Below, piece by piece: positions 16,200 through 30,793 of a stretch of 64,000 nucleotides of DNA. Below the pieces are notes generated by a model, which ran no database searches, was not told the DNA's origin, and was given only the letters and a program-made list of their open reading frames with translations. How positions within the stretch are numbered: position 1 is the first letter of the stretch; each line of letters starts with the position of its first letter. Origin of the DNA: the human T2T-CHM13v2.0 reference genome, Homo sapiens; NCBI RefSeq assembly GCF_009914755.1, contig NC_060939.1, one strand, 5' to 3'. Both the position numbers and the translations under genes were made by a program.

Positions 16200-16460
16200 A
16201 GAGTAAAACATGGTGAAGAATGAATGCCAAATTCAAATTCTGACTCAATCACTTATTACCAATATGATGTTGGACAAGTTAGTTAACCTAGTGCCTTGCT
16301 TTACTGCTTTTTATACATACATTTACCATTTACATATACATAAAAAATAAAAATAGACTTATGTCATTGGATTATAGTGAAGATTAAATGAGATAATATA
16401 TGTAAAACACATCTCAGTGCCTGGCACATGGAAACCACTCAACGATGTTTAACTATTTTT
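16200..16460 (+). repeat. MIR/L2-type SINE remnant
   Basis: ttggacaagttagttaacc...gattaaatgagataatatatgtaaaacac...gtgcctggcacatgg. Confidence 0.6.
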
Positions 16461-16494
16461 AACTCTGAGATAAATCCCATTTTAAAGAACTCTA

Positions 16495-16790
16495 GGCCAG
16501 GCATGGTGGCTCACACCTATAATTCCAGCACTTTGGGAGGCCGAGGCAGGTGGATCACTTGAGGTCAGGAGTTCAAGAACAGCCTGGCCAACATGGTGAA
16601 ACCGGGACTCTACTAAAAATAAAAAAATTAGCCGGGCATGGTGGAGCATGCCTGTAATCCAAGCTACTCGGGAGGCTGAAGAAGAATGGCTTTAACCAGG
16701 AGGCAGAGGTTGCAGTAGTGAGCTGAGATCGTGCCACTGCACTCCAGTCTGGGTGACACAGCAAGACTCAGTCTCAAAAAAACAAAAAAA
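16495..16790 (+). repeat. AluS
   Basis: Alu consensus, TSD aagaact. Confidence 0.92.
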
Positions 16791-16863
16791 AGAACTGATC
16801 CCAATTCTGTTATACTGGAATTTACGTGCTATCAGCTAAGCATTTAGAAATCATTTTGTTTTA

Positions 16864-17187
16864 TGGTCATGCATCACTTAACAACAGGGATAAGTTCTGA
16901 CAAATGTATCATTAGATGATTTTGTAGTTGTGAGAACATCGTAGAGTCTACAGTACTTACACAAACCTAGATGGTATTGCCTACTACACATCCAAGCTAT
17001 ATGGTATAGCCTATTGCTCCTAGGCTATAAACCTGTATAGCATGTTACTGTACTGAATACCGCAGGCAATTATAACACAAATCACTAGGTAATAGGAATT
17101 TTTCAGTCCATTATAATCTTACAGGACCACCGTATTATATAATGCAGTCTGTCCTTGACCTAAACATCATTATGTGGTACATGACCT
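16864..17187 (+). mobile_element. Tigger3a-like MITE
   Basis: gtcatgcatcacttaacaacaggg...cattatgtggtacatgac TIR-like ends. Confidence 0.75.
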
Positions 17188-17470
17188 TCATTACAGTGAA
17201 ATTTCTCATGATGAAATTTTAGCTTTATATCTTCCAGACTGTGGCTGTCAAATCTATCCTACCACATTTTCATCTTTTTAAAAAAGCATTTCTAAACTAA
17301 TTAAAATATACACCAAAAAAAATTTTAACCCTCATATAAACATAACACACTGTTAAATTACATACTACTAATCTAATAGAATAAGTATCCAATTCAAAAG
17401 TACCAACATATAAAAATTAACATTTAGATAAGGTATCTTTACACCATTTCTATTAAGAAAAAAACGTTCA

Positions 17471-17748
17471 GGCTGGGCATAGTGGCTCATGCCTCTAATT
17501 CCAGCACTTTGGGAGGCCAAGGTTGGAGGATGACTTGAGCTCAGCCTGGGCAATATGGCAAAACCCCATCTCCACAAAAAATACAAGAAAATTACTGGGA
17601 GTGGTGGCACATGCCCCTGGTCCCAGCTATAAGAGGTTGAGGCTGCAGTGAGCCGAGACTGGGCCACTGCACTCCAGCCTGGGTGACAGTGTGAGACCCT
17701 CATACCAAAAAAAAAAAAAAAAAAAAAGGAAAGAAAGAAAAGAAAAAA
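17471..17748 (+). repeat. AluJ with internal deletions
   Basis: Alu consensus. Confidence 0.9.
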
Positions 17749-17847
17749 CACTCATTCTACATGTATCTTAGTATTTTATTTTCTAAAAAATAAATAAATA
17801 AATAGCTGGTAATTAAAACACAAAAGTGATTATGAGGAACATGGTGA

Positions 17848-18158
<311 letters not shown>

Positions 18159-20926
18159 TAACTTCTACATCTCCCCCAATCCCATAAATTCAAGATATAA
18201 AATCAATGAAATAATCCAAAAAATCACATTATAAAGTTAATCTTTCTTTTTGTCTCCCCACCATACAAATGTTTTAATTGGGGATTGCATTACTAACCAA
18301 GAAGTTGGCAACACCAAAACAAGATATGATCAACTTAATAGATACAAAAAACTATTTCAAATAGTGAAAATTTATACTCAAAATAAGTATTGCACATAAA
18401 AATGAAGTTCAACTAACTCATAAAGTTAGCTCAAGATAATGTTCTATCTATAAAAAAACTAACAATTTACTTATATACTTAAAACGAGTTTTTCAGTGGA
18501 ATCATTTAGATGACACTGGCTTATTGGTTCAGTAAAGTTTGATCTTTCATTTTTTTACTCTCAGAAATTTTCCAAGAAATCAGGCATTTAAGTCATTCTA
18601 CTTAAATCAGCTTTGTTTATATTCTATTTCATTTTATAAGCAATTCTTTAGTCTTTATGTCACTAATGGCATACTGAAATGGAGGACTATCATTTTAGAA
18701 TTCCAATCTCAGATGAATAGAGCTTAAAGGATACAAAGTGAATTCTCAACTATGAATAACAATCTAATATTTCAAACCCTGATTTTGTGATCCCTCAAGC
18801 ACTTCCAACTATCTCAATAAAGTATTCAAAAATTAATTTTATTTAATGTTCACCACCTTACAATCCTAAGAAATATTTTGAGTAAAAAGAGCAATTTTTA
18901 AAACTCCTGTTGTACATCCCCTTACTATCCATTGCCTGTTGATTCCATTATGGAAAATTGGAAATTACTGTAACAGGATTAGAAAAGCAGTGAATGATGA
19001 TACCTACTTTGGCACTATAAGACAAATCTGTGTGATAGAAAATGTAAATCATAAGCGATAAACAATAATATAATTAAAGGAGAGACCTATGATTAAAATG
19101 ATTTAATAAAATTTAGGTATTTAGCTATGAAATTTTATAAGGAAATTAGCTTACTATATTTTTTATTTACAACCTTTAAGCAGATGAAATTTCAAATCAA
19201 TACTTCCTTTTGTGCCTCAAGTATTTCTTACAAATGTTTTAGTGTTAGAAAACTAAGTATCTTTTTCAGAATCAGTCCAGTTGTTACTGTTAAAAACCAG
19301 TCTTACTCTTGAAAAGGGCACATTCCCACCACACAAACTTTATTACTAAAAACACCTGATCAGCAGCTAAAACACTGTAGACAAAATACGGGATGATTAT
19401 AGAATCTTAAGAGACTGTAGAAGATAAATCTCACCCAATTTCTGAAAGATTCTAATTTTTATGAAGAATATTGTCTCCCGATAATAAGCACTCTAAGGAA
19501 GAAAAGATCTTTAAAAAGGGAATATATGGATACACCATAGTTTTTATTTTTAAAATAAACCAAAAATATCTAATGTCATTTTTAAAAGACTATATATTTG
19601 AGAATCTTAACAGTGAACAGGCAAAGAGAAGGGAAAAGGTTGGAATTCAGTCTTGAAAGAAGTGGCCTTCAAAGGCGATCAGGACTAGAATAGGGAAAAT
19701 CCAGGTCCTGGAAGAGGCTGCTCTTTCCAAGAATAAAAAGATAGAGCAATGAGGCCAGCTTTCCCTGCCCATCTCCTAACTTATACAAAAAACTTCATTC
19801 TCTGAAGGTAACTTATCAAAGAATTAGCACGTTAATTCTCTGAAATTAAGATAAATCCAGATGGATTCCTTGAAGCCAAAACAATTCTCCAAGTTAGTGA
19901 GCTCAGTCAAGACTTTGAAAGGACAATAAAATACTTGATAATATTAATGATTAAGAATTTGAAAAATAATATACTTATTTTCTTTCTAATGCAAGATGCA
20001 AATCTCAACACTTTTTTCATAGGATATGAAAAGGATCCTATCTCAAAAAGTTACCTATTAGGGGGATTTTGATGAATACATAAATATCTTATAAAAGAGG
20101 ATATGGTTGCTATAATTATAAAAACTAAAAGTGGTACAGCAGACGTTCTTGATAACGTGTTGGGGGCACCATAGAAATAAAAAAGTTAGCAAAATTTTGT
20201 GAATACTCAATTTCTGGAAAGATAAGACAGTGCATCAAATTCTCATAACAGCCTATGAACCAAAAAGTTAAGAGTTTCTAGGTTAGGAGTTTGAATAAAA
20301 GCAATCACATTAGCCAGGGGTTAGGAAATACCCTATCATGGAAGAAACATATGCATTAATCCTTAAAGTAAAAATGTTTTCATTAGCACTTTTTTTAAAA
20401 AATAAAACATGTTTACTGAAAATGGTTCAAACATACAGTGTATATAAAGTACAAAGTAAGAATCCTATTCCCTCTCCTGCCCTATTCCCAATCCCACTCA
20501 CTAGAGTTTGGTGTGTGTGATGCAACAGATGATAGTGATTGAAGATAGAGTTGTGGTTAAGGGATAAGAAGGGTATTCCAGTGCCTTGAATGACTTAACT
20601 AAGGGCAATATTTATAGCAATGATTTGAATAAAAGCTATACTGTGTGCAGATTCAATTTATGCATGAGTAGAGAGTATAATACATGTAAACTAGCAGAAT
20701 GAGGCTTTACCCAGTCTGTCCCTGGATCTAAAAACAAATGAAGGAATATGTTAATTAAATAAATAAATGGAATGAAGCTTTAAAAGATCTCAATAAGAGA
20801 ATGAATGGTAGTAACAGTTTTGTATTTGCCCAAAAAAAAAATTAACAAAAATATAAATTGAAGATGTACTGCTGAAGATGTACCAGAAGATCTACATGAC
20901 AGAAGGTCATTTATTCCAGAAGTGCA

Positions 20927-21250
20927 CATTTGGCCCTCCCTATCCGTGGTTCCACAACCACAGATTCAACCAACCATGGACTGAAATATTCAGAAACAAA
21001 ACCAATAAACAGTAACAAAAGAATGATAAAAAATGCACCTTTAAAAAATATATAACAACTATTTACATAGCATTTACTTTGTATTAGGTATCATAAGTAA
21101 TCTAGAGATGATTTAAAGTATATGAGAGCATGTGTATAGGTTATATCCAAGTACTACACCATGTTATATAAGGGACTTGAGCACCCTCAAATTCTGCTAT
21201 CCACTGGGGTCTTGGAACCAATCCCTCATGAATACTAAGGGACAGCTGTA
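20927..21250. mobile_element. MER2 (Tigger MITE)
   Basis: Characteristic core gtaatctagagatgatttaaagtat and TIR-like ends. Confidence 0.8.
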
Positions 21251-21869
21251 CTGATTGAACATTTACTGTGTGTCGGGTAGGAATACAATAATGAACAAAA
21301 ATTAATACATACTTACTGCACTCATGAAACTTGTGGTCTAGAGATAGGGACAAACACCCATACAAAGAGATGTAAAATGACAATGGTAAGTGCTATGAAG
21401 GTTATGAACCTGGAATTATAGTCAGCATAATCAAAATTGGCTTTGCTAAAAAAAGAAAAGTGATAATTAAGTTGTTATTTGAAGAAAGGGTTGGAGTTAA
21501 CTAGGCAAACAGGAGAAGGAAGGGAGGATTCCATGAAGAAGGAACTGAATGTGCAAAAGACCTATGGCAGAAGATAAGCCAGCAAATATGAAAAGCTGCA
21601 AAGAAACCATTGTGACTGAAAAAAAAAAAAAAAAAGCAAGGAGTTACATGGGAAGAGATAAGACATAGAGATAGACAAGAGTTAAACAATGAAGCACCTA
21701 TGGACTGTGTTAAGAAATTCTGTCCTTATCCTAAGAACAATGAAAAACCACTGAGGGATTTTAAGTGGGGACTGATGTCAGATTTGTGACACAGTGTCAA
21801 AATAACAGAATTTGAGTATTAAATCAGAGAGAAGACTATTTTACCCTATTCTATACTAATCAACACCCC

Positions 21870-22390
21870 CACTTGAAATACTACATATTGGCCATGATTC
21901 TTTCAACTATAAGTAACAAAAACCCAACTCAAACTGGCTTATGCAAAAGGATATTTATTGGCTCATTTGTAGAAATAACTACAGGCATAATTCACACAAT
22001 ATCATGTGAATCTGGTTTCTTTCTCCATTCCTGGGCTTCACTTCCTCTGTATTGATTCTATCCTCATAAAGGATCTCCATTGAGGATGACTATAACAGCT
22101 CCAGTCTAACCATCTTCAATATTGAAACCCAGGACAATGACAAGAGGCCCAGCTATGATTGGAGTTGGTTGGCTTGGCTAAAATTACATGCCCTTCCCTA
22201 ACCCAATCACTAAGGGAATGCTAAGGCATTGTGATAGGTTTGGGCTTACATCACATGCTCTCCCTGGTACCAGAGGGAGAGTCTTAATCAAAAAGCACAA
22301 GAATAAAGATTGGAGGAAGAATGGTTTTCCAAAGGAAAACCAAGTAAGGGTAAATAGATGCTGGGTGGCAAAAATAACAGATGTCCACTA
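21870..22390 (-). mobile_element. Old MaLR LTR (MLT1J/K-like)
   Basis: aagtaacaaaaacccaactcaaactggctt...tttattggctcat terminal pattern. Confidence 0.55.
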
Positions 22391-24263
22391 CAAGGAATTC
22401 AGAACTAGAGCTTTGTCTAGGTCAAGTTGAAAGGACTAAAGTTATTTAACCTAAAAAACCTGAGACTATAGGGTGGGAGAAGTAAAAGCTATTTATGGAG
22501 ATTTTAAAGTTTGTCATGAGAAAGAAGGAAAGAAGGTGACTTGAACTTTGTGTGGCTCAAGTAATAATAACAACAACAGTAATATTTACTTGTTTTGAGC
22601 AAACTAGAGAATTGCTAGTATTGAGCTTTAACATCACTTCATTCCTTACATTCTACTATGTTATCGCCATTATAAATTATACAATATGATAAATATATAA
22701 TTATAAAATAATTGTAATTAGTATACATTAACATTAGCTAACATTAAATGCATATATTATTTCACCTAATCCTCAAAAACTCCTATGAGGTAGACACTAT
22801 CATCATCCCCTGTTTACAGCTGTGGAAATTTAGTTATACAGGGTAAGTATCTCGCCCAAAGTAACAAAACTTAGTAGAGGAGCAAGGATTCAAATCCAGG
22901 CACTTCTAAGGCTGAATATTTCAGACACAACTCTATTTGCCTCCACCAGGAATACTGGAATATTTGGAATACCAAATTACAGGGAGGCAGACTTCATCTC
23001 AATATAAGAACAAAACAATTAGCAGTTAAAATATCAAAAACGAAGATGAACTCTAGGTGAGAAAGATCATCAAAGAAAAATATGAAAAATTTAAACATTA
23101 TGTGACTGAAAATGTTCACTTTCAAGATCCCTTCAAGAACCCTTCCAACCCTAAAATATTTCCTTCTAGTGGAGGTATGTAAATTTCTGCCTAGACTGAA
23201 AGATACGGAAGATTTTTCATTATTTCAGTAAAAAAAAAAATTCTAATTAGAAATGTTGAATTATGAAACTTCATTTTTGAATTAGCAATAAAATATCTGA
23301 TAATCAACCTGTTATATCCAAATATTTCTAAGACCCTTCAAGTACAATATAATGAATGAAGCAGTTAGGTTGAAGCTCAACACTGAGAACAAAAGTCTTG
23401 AGTTAATTCAAAACAAGTATATTCTTTAAAAAAAAGTAACAGCCAACAATCTTAAATTAATTTCATTTTAATAAAGATGTTTGAGGGCTTAAATCAAAAC
23501 TCCCAATGAAATCAACTGCTTCACAGACACAGATTCAGATCAAACACCTCAAATATTATAGCATCATGATAAATCAACTTTTTAGAATTTTAACATTTTT
23601 GTAAATGCAAAATTCTTTTAATATAATATTAATACATAGAAAGGCTATGCTTCAACAGACTGCTTAAATCTACAATGAATCTAAATCAGTACAGTTATTA
23701 AAAGCTTTAATACGAAAGAAAAATTTTCACACAGGGTACAGGGAATATCTTCCTCTTCAAAACTTCCTCTTCATCCAACTAAAATCTCCTGCAAATCTGA
23801 TCTAGGTTGCAAACCACTTGCTCTAGTTACTGCTACCCACTTTGTCAGTCAAAACTGAGCTGAGCACAGCAGGGCAGCTACAGCATTATCTACTCCACAG
23901 TGCTTTGCTAAAAGCAAGTATCCACCTCAAGACCCCAAAAACCCTCCCAATAGCCAAATCAAATTACCTTTTCTTCATTTGCATTTTCCTTGTTTATCTT
24001 GCAGCTATTTTAACACCATTTCTTGAAATATCATGCTCAGTAATTTTCTATACACCAATAGTCCTGTGTACTCACCTACTCCTTTTTAACTCTTTAGAGA
24101 TTCTCCAGATCACTTCCTCCTTAAATAATGTAAAAACAGGTTTTCCACAAAGTTTAGACCTCAGTCCCACAGAAACTGTTCCCTAACAGCAGATCTAATA
24201 GATCCCATAGTCTCAGCTATCAATTCTCAACAGCAGCCTATAAGATCAGAAAATATTCACCTC

Positions 24264-24712
24264 TGCTACAGTCTGAATGTTTGTCTCTCAAACCTCAGGT
24301 TGAAATTTGATCCCCAATGTTGCAGGTAGGGTAATGAGAGGTGTTTGGGTGGAAGAGACAAATCCCTCACCAATGGCTTGGTGCTGTCCTCACGGTAATG
24401 AGTGAGTTTTCAGTCTATTAGTTCCCACAAGAAATGGTTGTTTAAAAAAAAAAACAAAAAACAAAAAACCAAAAAAAAAAGCCTGGCACCTCCCTCCTCT
24501 TTCGCTTCCTCTCTTTCACCTTATAAATCGCTACCCACACAGACTCCCTTTTGTTTTCTGCCATGAGTGGATGCAGCCTGAGGCCCTCACCAGAAGCCAA
24601 GCAGATGCTGGTACCACGATACTTGCAGAAGCATGAGCCAAATAAACCTTTTTTCTTTATAAAATGCCCAAACTCAGGTATTTATTTATAAGAACACAGA
24701 CAGAGAAAGACA
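24264..24712 (+). mobile_element. MST-family MaLR LTR
   Basis: tgctacagtctgaatgtttgtc...gagccaaataaacctttt...ctcaggtatt. Confidence 0.8.
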
Positions 24713-24799
24713 CCCTGACATCTCATCTAAGTCCCAGTCCTTCCTCTTTTACTACTGAAAACTACTATCTAGATATTTAAACGCACCTCAAATTCAGTA

Positions 24800-27540
24800 C
24801 ATGCACACCTCGGAGATATTGAGGGCTCTGTTCCAGACCACCACAATAAAGTGAATATTGCAATAAAGCAAGTCACACGCATTGTTTGGTTTCTCAGTGA
24901 ATATAAAAGTTAGGTTTACAACTATAGTGTAGTCTAAATGTACAATAGCATTGTCTCTAAAAAACAACATATATACCTTAATAAAAACTACTTTATTGCT
25001 AAAAAAAAAAAAAAAAAAAAAAGATAAAGCTCATTTGGGCCTTCAGTGAGTCATAATCTTTTTGCTGGAGGAAGGTCCTGCCTCCATGTTGATGGCTGCT
25101 GACTAATCAGGGTAGTGGCTGGCTGAAGGTTGGGGTGGCTGTGGCAATTTCTTAAAATAAGACAATGAAGCTTGGCACATCCATCGACTTTTCCTTTTAC
25201 AAAAGGTTTCTTGGTAGCATACGATGCTGTTTGATAGCATTTGATCCACAGTAGAACTCCTTTCCAAGTTGGAGTCAATCCTCTCAATCCTTGCTGGTGC
25301 TTTATCAACTAAGCTGGTGTAATACTCTAAATCCTTTGCTGTCATTTCAACAATGTTTACAGCATCTTCACCAGGAATAGGTTCCATCTCAAAAAAACTA
25401 CTCATCCATAAGAAACAACTCCTCATTCATTCAAGTTTTATAATGAGATTACAGCACTTAGTCACATCTTCAGGCTCCACTTCTAAATCCGGCTCTCTTG
25501 CTACTCCCATCACATCTGCAGTTACTTCCTCCACTGAAACCTTGAAACTCTCAAAGTCATCCATGAGGGCTGGAACCAACTTCTTCCAAACTTCTGTTAA
25601 TGTTGATATTTTGACCTCCTCCATCAATCACAAATGATCTTAATTGGATCTAGAATGGTGACTCCTTTCCAGAAGGTTTTCAATTCACTTTACCCAGATC
25701 CATCAGAGAAAACATAATCTACAGCAGTTATACCCTTACAAAATGTTATTTCTTAAATATTAAGACTTGAACTGAAAGTTGAAATGACTCCTTGACCCAT
25801 GGGCAGCAGAATGGATGTTGTGTTAGCAAACATGAAAACAACATTAATCTTCTTGTACACTTCCATCAGAGCTCTTGGGTGACTAGATGCACTATCAATG
25901 AGCAGTAATATTTTGAAAGGAAAATTTTTTTCTGAGCAGTAGGTTTCAATAACAGGCTTAAATTTTCTGTAATTCATGTTGTAAACCACGTTTACATCTG
26001 GTTCAGTAAACCAGATGTGCTGTCATCCAGGATTTGTGGTTCCATTTTTAAAGCATAGGCAGAGTAGATTTAGCATTTTTTTTTGGGGGGGGGGGACAGA
26101 GTCTCGCTCCATTGACCAGCCTTGAGTGCAGTGGCACCATCTAAACTCACTGCAACTTCTGCCACCCAGGTTCAAGTGATTCTTGTGCCTCAGCCTCCCG
26201 AATAACTGGGATTACAGGCATGCACCACCACGCCTGGCTAATTTTTATATTTTTAGTAGAGACGGGGGTTTCACCATGTTAGCCAGGCTGGTCTCGAACT
26301 CCTGGCTCCTGACATCAAGTGATCCACCCACCTCCACCTCCCAAAGTGTTGCGATTACAGGCATGAGCCACCACATCTGGCAGATTTAGCACAATTCTTA
26401 AGGGCCCTAGGATTTTCACAATGGTAAATGAGTACTGGCTTCAACTTAAAAGTCACCAGCTTCATTAGCCCTTAACCAGAGAGTCAGCCTGTCCTTCAAA
26501 ATTTGAAAGCCAGGCATGACTTCTCCTTTCTAGCTATGAAAGTCCTAGATGGTATCTTCTTCCAATAAATAGAAGTCTATTTAATCTATATAGAAAATCT
26601 ATTGTTTAGTGTAGCCGCCCTCATAAATTATCTTAGGTAGATCTCATGGATAACTTGCTGAAACTTCTGCATCAGTACCTGCTGCTTCATCTTATACTTT
26701 TATGTTATGGAGACAGTGTCTCTCCTTAAACCTCATGAACTCATCTCTGTTAGCTTCAAGCTTTTCTTCTGCACCATCTTCACTCTCACAGCCTTCATAG
26801 ATCTGAAGAGAGTAGGGTCTTGACCTCGAGCCTTTGGCTTAAGGGAATGTTGTGGCGGGTTTGATCTTCTAGCCAGACCATTACAACTTCCTCCATCTTA
26901 GCGATAATGCTGTTCCACTTTCTTATCATTCATGTGTTCAGTGGAGTAGCACTTTCAACTTTCTTCAAGAATGTTTCCTTCGCAATCACAACTTGACTGT
27001 TTGGGACAAGAGGCCTAGTATTTGGCCTACCTCTGCTTTCAACACGCCTTCCTCACTAAGCTTAATAATTTCTAGTTCTTTTTATTTAAAGTGAGAGATG
27101 TGCAAATCTTCCTTATACTTGAACACTTACAGGCCATTATAAAGTTATTAATTGGCCTAATTTCAATATTGCTATGTCTCAGGGAATAAGGAAGCCCATG
27201 GAGAGGAAACTAGGGAAGAGCTGGCTGGTGGAGCAGTCAAAACACACACATTATTATATAAGTTTACCATTTTACATGAGTGCAGTTTGCAGTGCCCCAA
27301 AACAATTACAATAGTAACATTAAAGATCACTGATCAGAAATCACCATAACAAATATAATAATTTAAAGTCTGAAATATTGCAAAAATTACAAAAATGTGA
27401 CAGAGACAAGAAGTGCTCACGCTGTTGGAAAAATGGCTGAGATAGACTTGCTCAACAAAGTTGCCACAAACCTTCAACTTGTAAAAATGCAGTATCTGCA
27501 AACCACAACAAGTGAAGTAGAATAAAGCAAGGTATGACTA
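24800..27540 (-). mobile_element. Full-length Tigger1 (pogo/TcMar) with broken transposase, interrupted by an Alu
   Basis: Both TIRs (catgcacacctcgg... / ...aaggtatgacta) with TA on each side. About 2.4 kb after removing the Alu. ORF fragments [14 protein letters not shown] and LTEVWKKLVPALMDDFE. Confidence 0.92.
26076..26381 (-). repeat. AluS inside Tigger1
   Basis: Alu consensus, TSD agatttagca. Confidence 0.9.
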
Positions 27541-27659
27541 TATTTCCAAAACTGACCATATCTTCCCCTGAAAAATTATGTCTACAGCATTATTCATAAT
27601 AGCCAAAAAAGCAGGAACAACCCAAATGTTCAACTAATAAATAAAATGTGGTGTATCAA

Positions 27660-28380
27660 GAATGGCAATCATTAAAAAGTCAGGAAACAACAGGTGCTGG
27701 AGAGGATGTGGAGAAATAGGAACACTTTTACACTGTTGGTGGGGCTGTAAACTAGTTCAACCATTGTGGAAGTCAGTGTGGCGATTCCTCAAGGATCTAG
27801 AACTAGACATACCATTTGACCCAGCCATCCCATTACTGGGTATATACCCAAAGGACTATAAATCATGCTGCTATAAAGACACATGCACACGTCTGTTTAT
27901 TGCGGCATTATTCACAATAGCAAAGACTTGGAACCAACCCAAATGTCCAACAATGATAGACTGGATTAAGAAAATGTGGCACATATACACCATGGAATAC
28001 TATGCAGCCATAAAAAATGATGAGTTCATGTCCTTTGTAGGGACATGGATGAAATTGGAAACCATCATTCTCAGTAAACTATCGCAAGAACAGAAAACCA
28101 AACACCGCATATTCTCACTCATAGGTGGGAAATGAACAATGAGATCACATGGACACAGGAAGGGGAACATCACACTCTGGGGACTATTGTGGGGTGGGGG
28201 GAGGGGGGAGGGATAGCACTGGGAGATACACCTACTGCTAGATGACGAGTTAGTGGGTGCAGCACACCAGCATGGCACATGTATACGTATGTAACTAACC
28301 TGCACAATGTGCACATGTACCCTAAAACTTAAAGTATAATAATAAAAAAATAAATAAATAAATAAATAATCAAAGTGAAA
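27660..28380 (+). mobile_element. 5'-truncated young L1 (L1PA2/3-like) inserted in an older L1M 3' end
   Basis: ORF 27662..28135 is an intact ORF2 C-terminus. 17-bp TSD aaaatgtggtgtatcaa at 27643-27659 and 28381-28397. Confidence 0.93.
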
Positions 28381-28911
28381 AAAATGTGGTGTATCAATAC
28401 AATGTAGCATTATTTAGCAATTTTTTAAAATGAAGTACTGATACATGCTACAACATGAAACTTTGAAAGTGAAAGAAGTCAGTCACACAGTTTGATTCTA
28501 TTTATATCTAATATTCAGAATAATGGGTAACAGGTTTCCTTTTGAGGAGCTGAAAATATTATGGAATTAGTGTTGACAGTTGTACAACACTATGAATGTA
28601 CTAAATGCCAGTGAACCGTATATTTTTAAATGGTGAAATTATATGAATCTTACCTTAAATTATAAAAGTTAGTTTTACTTTTGCATTTCCCTTTTTCTAC
28701 TAAACTGCCATCCTTCTGATCTTGAATCCCTGGAGGTTTTTTTCAATGTCTCCCTCTTTTAATTATATCTAGTCAATTCCCCAACCCTATAGACTTCCTT
28801 CAAAATATTTCCCACACCATCCTTGCCTCTCCATCCACTCAATACTTGACCACGCCCATAGAACCTCACACCTAAAGTGAAATAGATTTACTTTATAAGA
28901 TTCACTTTATA

Positions 28912-29326
28912 TAGTTGCTCTTCAGCTTGTGATGGGGTAATGATTAAACCCATCATTAGCTGAAAATATCGTAAGTTGAAAATGCATTCAATACACCTAA
29001 CCTACCGAACATCACAGCTTAGTCTAACTTACCTTAAACGTGCTCAGAACCCTTTACATTAGCCTGTGGTTGGGCAAAATCATCTGACAACACAGTATAC
29101 TGTATGTTATCAGTTGTTTACCCTCATGATCATGTGGCTGACTGGTAGCTGCAACTTGCTGTTGCTGCCTAGTATCACAATATGGTATCATACCACATAT
29201 CACTAGCCCGGAAAAAGATCAAAATTCAAAACTTGAAGTACAGTTTCTACTAAATGTATATTGCTGTCACACCATCATAAAGTCAAAAAAACTTAAGTTG
29301 AACCATCTTAAGCTGGGGACTGTCTG
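28912..29326 (+). mobile_element. MER47B (Tigger-family MITE)
   Basis: Shares termini and core with the MER47A at 33.8 kb. Ends ggggactgtctg|ta. Confidence 0.8.
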
Positions 29327-30439
29327 TACTTGGTCTCTCAGCATCCAGATTTTTGCTTTCATCTCTTCAATAAAGAGCCCCCAAATTAACAATTTACTAA
29401 AATAATGCTTTCATTCTGTCATTTACCAATTCCAAATTGTTTAATAACTTTCCAACCTAAGCAGAGCTCGGTTAGGTTATCCTAGTGTTAAAAGCTTCCA
29501 GGTGCAGTGAGGTGCAGAACAGGTCAAATGCTCTAAGGAGGCAGCACTTCTAACAGTTGTTGTCACTGCCTGCCTGTAAGGCTCACCTGCATTGTATAGC
29601 CCAAATAGAAGAGAACATGTAATTCTGAGATAAAAAGGCTGACGGTGAAGTGAGGGAAAACCAAGGCATCGTATCTTATAAAATGAATACACAATATCTG
29701 GCACCCAGTGTTATTCCAATGAATAAAATGAACTTTTTCTAAGACTTGATTTCCTCATCTGTAAAGGATGATAACACCGCCTTTTGCAAAGAAGTATTTG
29801 TTCTGATGATGGAATACGGTAACTGTGAACATACTTTATAATCTCTAAAACACTACAATAAAAGAAATCAAAGAATAGAAAGACATCTGTTGTGTATAAC
29901 TTCTCAAATGAACAGACACTACAATGTAGTGTCACTGAAGTAGTGCCAATTTTCTTATTTACCTTTTTCTATTCAATAACGTTGTCAGATCTATTTTTTT
30001 TCTCATGGAATGTAAGAAAGCTATTTCCATGTTGCATTTTGGTTATGAAGGCCTTTCTAGCAGCAGTCAGCAATCCTGTATAGCTGAGAGTCAGATAATC
30101 TTAAACCTTGAATAGGAAAAGCAGAGCAAGTAAAAAAAGCAAGAGATACGACAGAGATTAGGATTATACCTAAAACCCCCAGGCCTCTCTCAAGCCCCTC
30201 CAGGCTTAGCTTCTTAGATTTGCCAAAGGTAACCCACAAAATAAGGAACGCACAGGAGTGAAGCCTAGAAGCAAAGGGCAAATTAGTTCATAGACTGATC
30301 ATCTTTGCTTTGGTTACTAGCCCTAGTCAAAATGCGTATCAACTCAAAGGCATTCAGTTAATAATGTTAAAAAAAAAAATCCCAAACCTGATCAAAAAAA
30401 GATGTGTGGTTGACTAAACTTTAAGGATGGAATCTTTGC

Positions 30440-30793
30440 CTGGGAGTCCAGAAACCCCAAACCTGAGAAATTTTTTTCAATATGTATTCATTTACTTAAA
30501 GATGATAATAATGAAAGCAGCACATATTAATATATTTTTACAAAAAAAGTGTATTTCTCAAAACAAAAAATTTAAAGAGTGGTATTGTTTTACATTTTTG
30601 CTACATTTTTGCATACCTCATTGTCTTAATAAAGACAGCTGGATTCTCTTACGACCTTCTGCATTCAACCTGTTGCACTACACTCTTCTGTTGAAGAAAA
30701 TACAGCTTCACAGGAAAAGTATGTGGTAAAGGGAGGACCTAGTAGAATCCTTCAAAGAGTCTCAAGCCCAAGACCACATTTAGAGAACTACTG
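30440..30793 (-). mobile_element. hAT-Charlie (Charlie1-derived) fragment
   Basis: Similar to 2860-3100 of this window. Ends gaccacatttagagaactactg. Confidence 0.55.
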
